Shown piece after piece: positions 39,912 to 48,556 of a stretch of DNA of 64,000 bases. The position numbers were made by a program, and so were the translations under genes. The notes below the pieces were generated by a model. That model was not told the DNA's origin. It worked only from the letters and a program-made list of their open reading frames with translations, and ran no database searches. The DNA lies in the NCBI GenBank assembly GCA_039917615.1, contig JBDSJD010000031.1, forward strand, positions 19,718 through 83,717, given 5' to 3'. Position 1 is the first letter of the stretch; the number at the start of each line of letters is the position of its first letter. This stretch comes from Steroidobacteraceae bacterium (GTDB lineage: Bacteria > Pseudomonadota > Gammaproteobacteria > Steroidobacterales > Steroidobacteraceae).

Positions 39912-40063
39912 TCTAGCGAGGGAGTTCGAGCGGGTCCGAAATGCAGCACCCCGCCCTGTGACCCCCGAAGACAGAAACAGGACTGTGCCCCATGAAGGCA
40001 GCCAATTCAGCAGGCGGGACTCCACGCCGGTGCAACTCGGTGGACCACCCGCACTGCGCGTAA

Positions 40064-40270
40064 TCAACCCTTGTGGCATGCCTGCGAACAGTAGTAGCAG
40101 CCGTTTGCCTTGGGAAATGTCTGCTTCGCCAATGCCACCGCTGGTTCACACGAAGGAAATTCCCCGAGAAATTCTCGATTCTGCAGAAGTGGCATGTGGG
40201 TGCATATTTCCCGATGCACCAGATGAATACCGTCATCTTCCGACCTGCGATCCACGTAGTAGCCGGTCAT
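40064..40270 (-). CDS. small conserved-looking Cys/His-rich hypothetical protein (68 aa)
   Basis: Trimmed to ATG 40270: MTGYYVDRRSEDDGIHLVHREICTHMP...ANGCYYCSQACHKG. I recall the C-terminal NGCYYCS..CH pattern from widespread small proteins. No family name is assigned. Confidence 0.45.
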   Translation of the reverse strand: MTGYYVDRRSEDDGIHLVHREICTHMPLLQNREFLGEFPSCEPAVALAKQTFPKANGCYYCSQACHKG

Positions 40271-40368
40271 ACGACTCGCTCCTTTGCGGCGCAGCAATTG
40301 GCTGCCATTTATGAGACGCAGCGGATCGTATCAACCAACTGTGTAAACAAATCCCTTACGACGTGCGC

Positions 40369-41550
40369 TTACGCTGGCGTCGCGTTCCGGAACAGCGGAC
40401 GGATCAGCCGTCGCCATGCCAAGGCGAGACCGGTATAGACGAGGAAACACGCGGCAAGTGAAGCGATGCCTGCAATAGTTTGACCGATGATCCCGTACTG
40501 CTCGCCCGTGTGGGCGAAGCGCATCCAGGAGCGTGCCCGCTGTCCGGGCGTCTGCGCATTCTGCTGCGGGGCCTGCACGCGGATCACCGACGCGTCGACA
40601 GTGCTCAAGGTAACAGTCTGCCGCGGCGGGCGGCGTTCGCTGGTTTTGAGTTCCGCAGTGATCCCCACCCGTTCACCGCGGACAATCAACGGAATCGTCA
40701 TTTTGTTCCAGTCCGGTGTCTGCGCCATGGCCGCCTGGCGCAGGCTCTCGAGGCTGGCACGCTCCGATACATCGCCCCGCGTCGCGCCCACTGGTGCGGC
40801 GCCACCGGCCCCGCCAGTTCCGCCGCCCTGCTGTCCGCCACGCTCTGGCACGGCTTCTCCATAAGCTGCGTAAACCAGCCGATTGGCCCAGGCGAACGAC
40901 ATCACCACGCCGGACAGTGAGATCACGAACAGCGGCAGCAGCATCCAGAAGCTGAATACATGGTGCCAGTTGAAGTCGCGCACCTTCGCATTGACGTAAC
41001 TCTTCTGGAAGAGCATGAGGCCGCGCAGATTGCGCCAGCGCCAGACCTGAGGCAGCCAGATATAGATGCCGCTGACGACAAGAAACAGGAACAGCAAGTT
41101 GCTGTAGTCGATGAGCTTGGCGCCGGTGCCCTGCGAATTCCCGCCCAGCCATCGGTGCCAGTTTTCCACCACGCGAAAGAACTCGCGGCGACCGATGGAG
41201 GCATCCTCGATGACCGATCCATCGAAAGGATCCAGCAGCAGCGTGCTCTCGCCAACACGCGTGACTGCAACCGGTGCAGCCGCGTTGGCCTCGAACACCA
41301 GGCTCGCCCGGGCATCCTTCGGCAAGGCTGCGCGCGCGAACCCGGCAATGCGATCCGCATCCAGCGGCATCGCCGATCCTGGAGAGGCAACAAGATTGCG
41401 ACGGGCAGCCGCCTCCACCATCTGGCTCTCATAGGTCAGCAGCACGCCGCTCACCGACATCACCAATATGAAGAAGCCCGCAGTGATGCCGCAGCCCAGA
41501 TGGGCCCAGAAAAGCACACGACGAAAAAGAGATCCGGGAACGGCTGCCAT
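40369..41550 (-). CDS. PepSY-associated TM helix (PiuB-like) membrane protein
   Basis: ORF 40369..42171 trimmed to ATG 41550 (MAAVPGSLFRRVLFWAHLGCGITAGFFILVMSVSGVLLTYE). Also RVVENWHRWL and WHHVFSFWMLLPLFVISLSGVVMSF. Confidence 0.8.
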   Translation of the reverse strand: MAAVPGSLFRRVLFWAHLGCGITAGFFILVMSVSGVLLTYESQMVEAAARRNLVASPGSAMPLDADRIAGFARAALPKDARASLVFEANAAAPVAVTRVGESTLLLDPFDGSVIEDASIGRREFFRVVENWHRWLGGNSQGTGAKLIDYSNLLFLFLVVSGIYIWLPQVWRWRNLRGLMLFQKSYVNAKVRDFNWHHVFSFWMLLPLFVISLSGVVMSFAWANRLVYAAYGEAVPERGGQQGGGTGGAGGAAPVGATRGDVSERASLESLRQAAMAQTPDWNKMTIPLIVRGERVGITAELKTSERRPPRQTVTLSTVDASVIRVQAPQQNAQTPGQRARSWMRFAHTGEQYGIIGQTIAGIASLAACFLVYTGLALAWRRLIRPLFRNATPA

Positions 41551-41652
41551 GGGGGGGCATCTTACTGTTTCAACCTCATCTGCGTTGAATCTAAGCAGCC
41601 TCTGCCCTAGTCTCGTCCAGGCACGCAATCCGCCTGCCTCCGAGGGCGCGTC

Positions 41653-42132
41653 ATGAGCATCGTCAAACTTAAGGTCAATGGCGCCACCCACTCCGTGGAC
41701 GTCGATCCGTCGACGCCCCTTCTTTACGTACTTCGAAACGATCTGGACCTGCAGGGGCCCCGCTTCGGCTGCGGGATCGGCCAGTGCAGCGTGTGCACCG
41801 TCATCATCAATGGCACCGCCGTGCGGTCCTGTATCACGCCCGTATCGACGGTGCGCGGCGAAATCACCACGCTCGAAGGCATCGGGAAGGACGGCAAACT
41901 GCATCCCTTGCAACAGGCGTGGATCGACGAGCAGGCCGCGCAGTGCGGCTACTGCCAGAACGGCCAGATCATGACTGCCAAGGCGTTGCTCGACCGCAAT
42001 CCCAACCCCAGTGATGCCGAGATTCGCACGGCGATGGACGGGGCGCTGTGCCGGTGCATGACGTACTACCGGGTGCAGGCAGCGATCAACCGCGTAGTGC
42101 GCGGCAGTTCGGCTGCAGGGGCGAAGAAATGA
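41653..42132 (+). CDS. (2Fe-2S)-binding small subunit of a molybdopterin aldehyde/isoquinoline oxidoreductase
   Basis: Two [2Fe-2S] cysteine clusters: GCGIGQCSVCTV...C and CGYCQNGQIM...CRC. Confidence 0.9.
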   Translation: MSIVKLKVNGATHSVDVDPSTPLLYVLRNDLDLQGPRFGCGIGQCSVCTVIINGTAVRSCITPVSTVRGEITTLEGIGKDGKLHPLQQAWIDEQAAQCGYCQNGQIMTAKALLDRNPNPSDAEIRTAMDGALCRCMTYYRVQAAINRVVRGSSAAGAKK

Positions 42133-44504
42133 GCACCGTGCTGCAACTGTCCAAGTTGATGGAAGACGCAATCCTGCGCAGCCATCAGCCCTCGCGCAGA
42201 AGTTTCCTCAAAGGTTCCGGCGCGCTGGTGATCAGCCTGGGAGTCACTACCCTGCCCGGCGGCAACTCGCTCGCTGCAGAACCCGCGGCTGCCGGCCCCT
42301 GGCCCAATCCGGATTTCCTGCAACTCGACACCTGGATCGTGGTGCACCCCGACAACACCGCCACCTTCTTCGTCGGCAAGACCGATGGCGGCCAGGGCAC
42401 GGGCACTGCCTACCGGCAGATGATGTGCGACGAACTGGATATCGCCTACGACAAAACCAGTCTGGTCATGGGCTGCACGGACATCACTCCTGACCAGGGC
42501 GGCTCCGGCGGTTCCGACGGCGTTGAGCGCGATGGTTGGGCAATGCGCAGGGTGAGCGCCGAAGCGCGGCGCGTGCTGCTGGAGCTGGGCAGCCAGCATC
42601 TAGGCGTACCCGTCGAAATGCTCGTGGTGGCGAACGCAACGATTGCGCTGAAGTCTGATGCTTCGAAGAAGGTCACGTACGCCACGCTTATCGGTGGCAA
42701 GCGTTTCAATGTCGCGGTCACCGGCCGCAACGTTGATGCCATCACCGTCAAGGCCGCGGTGAAGCCGGTCAATGAACTGCGCGTGGTGGGCCAATCACTT
42801 AAGCGCTACGACATTCCGGGCAAGGTGGACGGATCGCTGAAGTGGGCCGTGGACATGAAACTGCCCGGTATGGTCCACGCACGCAATGTGCGGCCACCGC
42901 TCGCTGGCGCCACATTGCAGCGCATTGATGAATCGTCGGTGGCTGATGTGCCAGGCTTCATTCGCGTTGTCAGTCGCGGCAACTATGTGGCCGTGATCTG
43001 CGAGCGCGAGGAACAGGCCATCCGTGCCGCCAGACAACTAAAGGTGGAATGGAAAGGACCCGCCACTGCTCCGTTTCCGACATCCGGCGAACTGTTCAAC
43101 TATATGCGTCGCGCCACACCCAGCTCGACCACCGAACCCCAGGTTCAGGGGGATCCGGCGGCGGCGCTGGCGGGTGCGGCACAGGTCATCGAAGCCGAAT
43201 ACGAAGTTCCCTTTCAAGGGCACTCGGCCATTGGTCCGGCACACGCGCTGGCCGACCCTGCCGATGGTCAGATGACGATCTATTCCAATGACATGAAGAT
43301 TTACGCCCTGCGCAACGGCGTGGCCAGATTCCTCGACATGCCGCGCGAGAAAGTGCGCGCGATCTACATGGATGGGCCGCAGGTGTACGGCCGCACCGCA
43401 GCTGACGATGCGGGCTTCGAAGCTGCGTTCCTGGCGCGAGAGCTGGGGCGCCCGGTGCGCATGCAATGGATGCGCGATGAAGAGACTGCGTGGGATACCA
43501 AAGGTCCGCCGTATGTCTTCAAATTGCGCGGCGGGCTGGATGCCCAGGGTAAGGTGGTGGCCCTCGAGTACGACGCCTGCGCTCTGGACCTCAACCACCT
43601 GGGTTACAACGAACCCGATACGGTGCTTGTGGCACAGCTCATGGGACGCAGGCCGGAGCGGCCAGCCAGGGGCGGCGCCGAAACACCGTCGTCGATGTAC
43701 GTCATTCCAAATCGGCGCACGACGACGCGTGTGGTCGGCCTGCCGATGATCTGGGAGACGCCCCTGCGCACCGGCAACCTGCGTGATCCGAATGGACCAC
43801 AGGTAACTTTTGCCTTCGAGTCGTTCATCGATGAACTGGCCGTGGCAGCCAAGGCCGATCCGATTCAGTTCCGTCTGGACCTGATGGCCGAAGCCAAGGA
43901 GGATGGCGTGTTCCGCAAGGCGCGCTCCATTGCAGTGGTGCGTGCGGCGGCGAAGGCTTATGGCTGGGACACGCGTTATTCACCCAGGCCGCGCGCAGCG
44001 GCAACGCGTGGAAATCTGCTGTCGGGACGTGGCATCGCCTACACCTACCGCAGCAATACGATTGCCGCCACCATTGCCGAGGTGGAGGTGAATCGCGAGA
44101 CGGGGCGGGTGTGGGTCAAGCGTCTGGTTTGCGCCCATGACTGCGGACTCGCGATCAATCCGGAGGGTCTTCGGCACACAGTTGAGTGCGGCATGCTGCA
44201 CGCCCTGAGCCGCGCGCTCTGGGAAGAAGTGCAGTTCGATACCGAAAAAGTCACCAGCGTAGATTGGGCTTCGTATCCCAGCCTGCGGCATACGGACACA
44301 CCGGCGAACATCGAGGTTGTGCTGGTCAACGGCGATCCCAATCCGGAGCGCCCTGACCTTCCCCCTTACGGCGCGGGTGAAACCAGCCACAAGCCGCTGA
44401 TCGCAGCAGTCGCCAACGCGATTTACGATGCAACAGGAGTTCGCATGCGTCGTGTGCCGTTCCGCAGCGAAAAGGTGCTGGCCGCCATCCGCAACGCAAA
44501 ATAG
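42129..44504 (+). CDS. molybdopterin-binding large subunit (IorB/aldehyde oxidase family), TAT-exported
   Basis: Trimmed to ATG 42129 (ATGA coupling). Twin-arginine signal SRRSFLKGSGALVISLG. About 790 aa and IorB-like. Confidence 0.85.
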   Translation: MSTVLQLSKLMEDAILRSHQPSRRSFLKGSGALVISLGVTTLPGGNSLAAEPAAAGPWPNPDFLQLDTWIVVHPDNTATFFVGKTDGGQGTGTAYRQMMCDELDIAYDKTSLVMGCTDITPDQGGSGGSDGVERDGWAMRRVSAEARRVLLELGSQHLGVPVEMLVVANATIALKSDASKKVTYATLIGGKRFNVAVTGRNVDAITVKAAVKPVNELRVVGQSLKRYDIPGKVDGSLKWAVDMKLPGMVHARNVRPPLAGATLQRIDESSVADVPGFIRVVSRGNYVAVICEREEQAIRAARQLKVEWKGPATAPFPTSGELFNYMRRATPSSTTEPQVQGDPAAALAGAAQVIEAEYEVPFQGHSAIGPAHALADPADGQMTIYSNDMKIYALRNGVARFLDMPREKVRAIYMDGPQVYGRTAADDAGFEAAFLARELGRPVRMQWMRDEETAWDTKGPPYVFKLRGGLDAQGKVVALEYDACALDLNHLGYNEPDTVLVAQLMGRRPERPARGGAETPSSMYVIPNRRTTTRVVGLPMIWETPLRTGNLRDPNGPQVTFAFESFIDELAVAAKADPIQFRLDLMAEAKEDGVFRKARSIAVVRAAAKAYGWDTRYSPRPRAAATRGNLLSGRGIAYTYRSNTIAATIAEVEVNRETGRVWVKRLVCAHDCGLAINPEGLRHTVECGMLHALSRALWEEVQFDTEKVTSVDWASYPSLRHTDTPANIEVVLVNGDPNPERPDLPPYGAGETSHKPLIAAVANAIYDATGVRMRRVPFRSEKVLAAIRNAK

Positions 44505-44549
44505 ACTGAGGCCGGAGAAGCGTGGCTACCCTTCCCGGCCCCAGTCTTT
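44504..44549 (+). terminator. hairpin downstream of the oxidoreductase operon
   Basis: gactgaggccgg (44504-44515) pairs with ccggccccagtc (44535-44546) with one mismatch and an 18-nt loop, followed by tttc. Confidence 0.35.
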
Positions 44550-44678
44550 CGATAGATGATTCGTTTAAGATTCATTTACCGCAGCTAGAGCTTGCACTTA
44601 TTTGGTGGCGGGCAATACGCCTGAACCGCTTGAGCCTTTGCGGGACTGATCCTACGCACTGCGCCGAGTCGTAATCTT

Positions 44679-45245
44679 TCAAGCCTCGGCATCGGCTTTG
44701 CACTGCGCTTGCAGCGCGGCGAAAGCCTCAGCGCCCAGTTCCTCAAGAGTCTGGATATTTTTCCTGTAAATCGCCTCGGCGTCGGGGAACGCGGCCACAG
44801 CACGATCGACGCTGTCTTCACGCAACAGGTGCAACGTCGGGTAAGGTGACCTGTTGGTCGCATTCGTCACATCATCCACATGCGTGCCAGCGAACTGGTA
44901 CTGCGGGTGAAAACTCGCGACCTGCAGCACACCCTCGTAACCCAGCTGCGCAAGCAGCTCGTCGGCCACGGCGAGAAAGTCATTGTAATCGGGGAACTCG
45001 TTAAGAACCTGCGGGTGAATGAGCAATGTGGTGTCAACCACATTTGCGTCGATGGCGTTCAGGTAGTCCATCTCATCGCGCAGTTCGGCCAGCAATGTTT
45101 TGACATCGATGGCTTCGCTAACCACATAGCGAACCTGGTTCCTGGTCTGCACGGCTTTCGCAAAAGGACACAGGTTCAGTCCGATCACTGCGCGGTCGAC
45201 CCATGCCCGGGTTTCGGCAAGCGCTTGCTGGGAGGAAGGAATCAT
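44679..45245 (-). CDS. DUF1415 domain protein
   Basis: WVDRAVIGLNLCPFAKAV and VASFHPQYQF are recalled as DUF1415 signatures. Confidence 0.65.
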   Translation of the reverse strand: MIPSSQQALAETRAWVDRAVIGLNLCPFAKAVQTRNQVRYVVSEAIDVKTLLAELRDEMDYLNAIDANVVDTTLLIHPQVLNEFPDYNDFLAVADELLAQLGYEGVLQVASFHPQYQFAGTHVDDVTNATNRSPYPTLHLLREDSVDRAVAAFPDAEAIYRKNIQTLEELGAEAFAALQAQCKADAEA

Positions 45246-45280
45246 CCGGTACTGCCGTCGTAAATGCGGCAGGCAACTTA

Positions 45281-46360
45281 TCAGAACCCGAGCCCCATTT
45301 GCCCGCCAGTTTCCGGAGGCCGGAACAGGTCGGTTGTCAGCTGGATGCGGCGCTCCGTAGTGAATCCGAACCGGCGGCTGGCAAGTTGGAAACGGTCACG
45401 CAGCAACTGTGCCCATGCACCCGTGCCACGCATGCGTACGCCGAATTGCGATGAGTTGTCCTTGCCCTCGCGCGCGCCATTCACCAGTGACATGACGTGT
45501 TCGGCACGGTCCGGCATGTGCACGGCCAGCCACTGGCGGAACAGATCCTTCACTTCCAGGGGAAGACGCAGCAGCACATAGCCAGCATGCGCAGCGCCAG
45601 CCGCGGCTGAACGCTCAAGAATGCACTCCAGCTCACTGTCGTTGACAGCCGGAATGATCGGTGCCGCCAGGACGCCCACTGGAACACCGGCACTGCGCAC
45701 CACCTGCATTGCGTGCAGTCGCGCCTCCGATGCAGCGGACCGTGGTTCCAGTTTCCGTTTCAGGTCTGCATCGAATGTAGTGATGCTGTACATCACCATG
45801 ACCAGGCCCTGCTCCGCCATCGGCTTCAGCAGGTCGAGATCGCGCAACAGCAATGTGCTGCGCGTGGTGATCGCCACCGGATGCCTTGCCTCAGCCAGCA
45901 CCTCGAGTATGGAGCGGGTGATGCGCAGCTTGCGCTCCACTGGCTGGTAGGGATCGGTGTTCGAACCCAGCATGATGTGGCGACACACATAGCCGGGGCG
46001 TGACAGCTCCCGGCGCAGCAACTGCGCCGCTTCTGGCTTGTAGGTCAGGCGAGTTTCGAAATCGATGCCGGGCGACATTCCCAGATAGGCGTGGGATGGG
46101 CGTGCAAAACAAAAAATGCAACCATGTTCGCATCCCCTGTAAGGGTTGATGGATTGGTCGTAGGGAATGTCCGGCGAATCGTTGTGCGCGATCACGCTGC
46201 GACTGGTGTCTACCAGCAGCTCGGTCTCGATGCTGCTCGGCTGCTCTTCCTGATACCAGCCATCGTCGACCCCTTCTGCGTGCTGACGATCGAAGCGGTT
46301 GGCCGGGTTTGCAAGCGCACCTCTGCCTTTGAATCCGGACGGTGGAATCTGCGTTGCCAT
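45281..46360 (-). CDS. PA0069-family radical SAM protein (SplB-like)
   Basis: CX3CX2C cluster CEHGCIFCFAR. N-terminal GRGALANPANRF. The size and layout match PA0069-type proteins. Confidence 0.8.
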   Translation of the reverse strand: MATQIPPSGFKGRGALANPANRFDRQHAEGVDDGWYQEEQPSSIETELLVDTSRSVIAHNDSPDIPYDQSINPYRGCEHGCIFCFARPSHAYLGMSPGIDFETRLTYKPEAAQLLRRELSRPGYVCRHIMLGSNTDPYQPVERKLRITRSILEVLAEARHPVAITTRSTLLLRDLDLLKPMAEQGLVMVMYSITTFDADLKRKLEPRSAASEARLHAMQVVRSAGVPVGVLAAPIIPAVNDSELECILERSAAAGAAHAGYVLLRLPLEVKDLFRQWLAVHMPDRAEHVMSLVNGAREGKDNSSQFGVRMRGTGAWAQLLRDRFQLASRRFGFTTERRIQLTTDLFRPPETGGQMGLGF

Positions 46361-46365
46361 GCACG

Positions 46366-46385
46366 TACTGTATATACATACAGTA
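46366..46385 (-). promoter_or_regulatory. LexA SOS box (CTGT-N8-ACAG type)
   Basis: tactgtatatacatacagta matches the gammaproteobacterial consensus TACTG(TA)5CAGTA at 19 of 20 positions. It is embedded in a 13+4+13 perfect palindrome (46361-46390) that begins immediately after the radical SAM start codon. Confidence 0.7.
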
Positions 46386-46419
46386 CGTGCCGCAAGTCAC
46401 CGCTGCGAGCGCTGCGTCA

Positions 46420-46962
46420 CTATTTTTTCTTGGTCCGCGGATCCTTCTCGCCGAGACCGGGATAAAACAGTTTGCGATTGTCCCGCGACTCGTTGAACAC
46501 CTTGCGCATCTTGAACAGCCATTTGCCGTTCACACGCACCAGATCGTCTTCGTAGTGCCCGAAATACAGCAGCTGTACATCCTTCTGCGGCGTGTTGTTG
46601 GTCAGCGCAAACCAGTACGCGGTGGTCTTGGCCGTATTGCCAGTGACGTCGATGACATGATTGATGATCTGGTGCCGCGTGCGGGGACGGGACGTGGCCC
46701 CTTCGGGAATCTCGACCTTGCGCGCACCACCGAAGTTGGACATGGCTTTGCGGATCGCCGCCTTGCCGCGCTCCACGCCAAAGACCCATTCGAGCACGCC
46801 ATCGTCGGCCCAGGTGGACATGACAGTGTCTATGTCGCCAGAGTCCACCGCCACCATGTACTTGTTGGAAAGATTTTCTATTTCAGCGCGATCGTCCGCG
46901 TAGCCTGCCCAGACCAGCGGCGCGGACACCAGCCAGAACACCGCAATCATGATTTTCTTCAT
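46420..46962 (-). CDS. secreted SnoaL-like / NTF2-fold protein
   Basis: Signal peptide MKKIMIAVFWLVSAPLVWA. ENLSNKYMVAVDSGDIDTVMSTWADDGV and NGKWLFKMRKV are typical of SnoaL_4/NTF2-like domains. Confidence 0.65.
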   Translation of the reverse strand: MKKIMIAVFWLVSAPLVWAGYADDRAEIENLSNKYMVAVDSGDIDTVMSTWADDGVLEWVFGVERGKAAIRKAMSNFGGARKVEIPEGATSRPRTRHQIINHVIDVTGNTAKTTAYWFALTNNTPQKDVQLLYFGHYEDDLVRVNGKWLFKMRKVFNESRDNRKLFYPGLGEKDPRTKKK

Positions 46963-47086
46963 CGCAACTCCTCATGCACCCAGGTGGCCACGTGCGCCAC
47001 AAAAGCGTCTCGCATTCGAATGCGATTGCTCATTTGTGCGAAGGAGCCTAGCAGTTCAGGCGAGCCGGCTCCAGCAACGTGTCCGC

Positions 47087-47737
47087 TCAGCGTAGGCCGA
47101 AAACCACGCGAAATCCCTTGCACGCCTGCACCGCCACACCATCCGTTGTAGCTGGCACAAAACTCAGCGACTCACGTGCCCAGAGCACGGCGGCCTGGTC
47201 CAGACGCTTGTGGCCAGAGCTGGACTGGATGCCGGGAACGCCCTCCATCCGACCGCGCGCATCGACACAGACGCGCACAATCGTCACACCCTGCTCTTCG
47301 AGCATCACAGATGCAGCCGGATAGTAGTCATCGGAGGGGCGTACGGCCCGATACTGCAGTTGCGTCGACACATGTTGTGCTGGAGCCGTCGCCACCGGAT
47401 CGAAGGCCGCGCCGACGTCAACCGCGCCCGGGATAGCGGTGCTCTCTGGTATCTGTATGGTCTCGGTCGTCACAATCTGAATCAGATTCGGCGGTGGTAG
47501 CAGCGGAATGGTCGGTAGCAGAAGCTGCGGCTTGGGAAGCGTCGGCTGCGGCTCCGGCGGAAGCGGATCTGGCGGATCAAGGCGCGTTACGAACGGCTGC
47601 GGACCGGTATCGACCAACGGCGGAACGACTTTGATTGCAACCAGCGCAGTGATGACGAGCGCGTGCAAACCTATTACTGCCATCAACGTCATGGATCGGC
47701 CGGAAAGTATTGCGGCCTGCTGGATATGGGCACTCAT
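47087..47737 (-). CDS. TonB-family energy transducer
   Basis: Trimmed to ATG 47737, preceded by GGGAGG. It has an N-terminal anchor, a Pro-rich spacer (PPDPLPPEPQPTLPKPQ) and a C-terminal TonB_C-like domain (YPAASVMLEEQGVTIVRVCVDARG). Confidence 0.8.
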   Translation of the reverse strand: MSAHIQQAAILSGRSMTLMAVIGLHALVITALVAIKVVPPLVDTGPQPFVTRLDPPDPLPPEPQPTLPKPQLLLPTIPLLPPPNLIQIVTTETIQIPESTAIPGAVDVGAAFDPVATAPAQHVSTQLQYRAVRPSDDYYPAASVMLEEQGVTIVRVCVDARGRMEGVPGIQSSSGHKRLDQAAVLWARESLSFVPATTDGVAVQACKGFRVVFGLR

Positions 47738-47860
47738 GCTAAATCCTCCCCTGCTGTTGAACGCAGCTACATTCTGCGCTGACTGGCAAGGCATGCAAGC
47801 GAAGCCCAGATCGCTGCCAGGGAAGTAGTAAGCCCCGCGGGGAGGCGTAGGATGGTTGGG

Positions 47861-48556
47861 CTATTTGCCCAGCGAACCGAAGACCTTTCGCAGCAGCGCG
47901 TTGGCCTGTTGCAACGGATTCTTGCGAATGGCGGCTTCTTCTCGCGCCATGACGAGAAACAGGCCATCGAGCGTCTTGCGGGTAACGTAGGCGTCGATAC
48001 TGGCATCGCTCGAATCGATGAGTCCCAGCGCGCTGGCCTTGCCAGCAACATCCTTGTAGACCTCGGCCAGCTTCACGTCGGCCGTAGCCTTCCTGACGAT
48101 GGGCAGGAATTTCTCGCCAAGCTTGTCGGACATAGACTTGCGGAAATATTCCGTGGCAGCGTTTTCCGGTCCCTTGAGGACGCCCACCGCATCTTTCACA
48201 CTCATCTGCTTGATCGATTGCATGAGCATTTCCCGGGATTCAGGCACGGCTGCCTCTGCGGCCCGATTCATCGCTAGCGTCAGGGCATCGATCTGTTTGC
48301 CAAGTCCGAGCTTGCGTGCGGTCTTGCTGGCTTTCTGCAACTTGCCCGGCAGGGGAATGCGCACTTCTGGATCTGCCATGAAGCCATCTGTCTTGCCCAG
48401 GGTCGAAATCGCCACGCCAGCCGCCTGGGTCAATGCTGCCTTCAATCCGTCGGTGCTCTCTGCTGCACTCAGCGATGCAAGTGCATCCGCCGCGCCCGCG
48501 GCATTTGCGAACAGCAGGCAGAGAGCCATCAGCTTCAACCTGTGGATACGAATCAT
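47861..48556 (-). CDS. DUF4197 domain protein (secreted)
   Basis: Trimmed to ATG 48556 (ATGA coupling with the upstream gene). Signal peptide present. The TDGLKAAL...LGKTDGF pattern is recalled for DUF4197. Confidence 0.55.
   Translation of the reverse strand: MIRIHRLKLMALCLLFANAAGAADALASLSAAESTDGLKAALTQAAGVAISTLGKTDGFMADPEVRIPLPGKLQKASKTARKLGLGKQIDALTLAMNRAAEAAVPESREMLMQSIKQMSVKDAVGVLKGPENAATEYFRKSMSDKLGEKFLPIVRKATADVKLAEVYKDVAGKASALGLIDSSDASIDAYVTRKTLDGLFLVMAREEAAIRKNPLQQANALLRKVFGSLGK

Noticed and set aside
38107-40368. Calling the tRNA-Pro islet a bona fide integrative mobile element
   Set aside because: No integrase, excisionase or transposase ORF is present. I could not find a direct repeat of the tRNA 3' end at the distal border by eye. 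I keep it only as a compositional islet in the findings.
41551-42171. N-terminal 207-aa extension of the PepSY ORF (track ORF 40369..42171)
   Set aside because: The extension overlaps the oppositely oriented 2Fe-2S subunit gene and has no membrane-protein character. The PepSY protein begins naturally at ATG 41550 (MAAVPGSLFRRVLFW...). Similar upstream extensions were trimmed for ORFs 6391..7581, 7376..8173, 16343..17104, 16782..20849, 34534..34893 and 36519..36887.
44550-44678. Relatively AT-rich 130-bp intergenic stretch after the iorAB-type operon, considered as a small RNA or mobile-element scar
   Set aside because: I could discern no convincing promoter-plus-terminator pair, repeat or conserved structure by eye. 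The ORF 44585..44863 (-) there has no motif and overlaps the DUF1415 gene.
47011-47024. 14-bp perfect palindrome cgcattcgaatgcg between the TonB-family gene and the SnoaL-like gene
   Set aside because: It is too short and has no usable loop for a terminator. No known operator consensus is recognised, and there is no second copy in the window.
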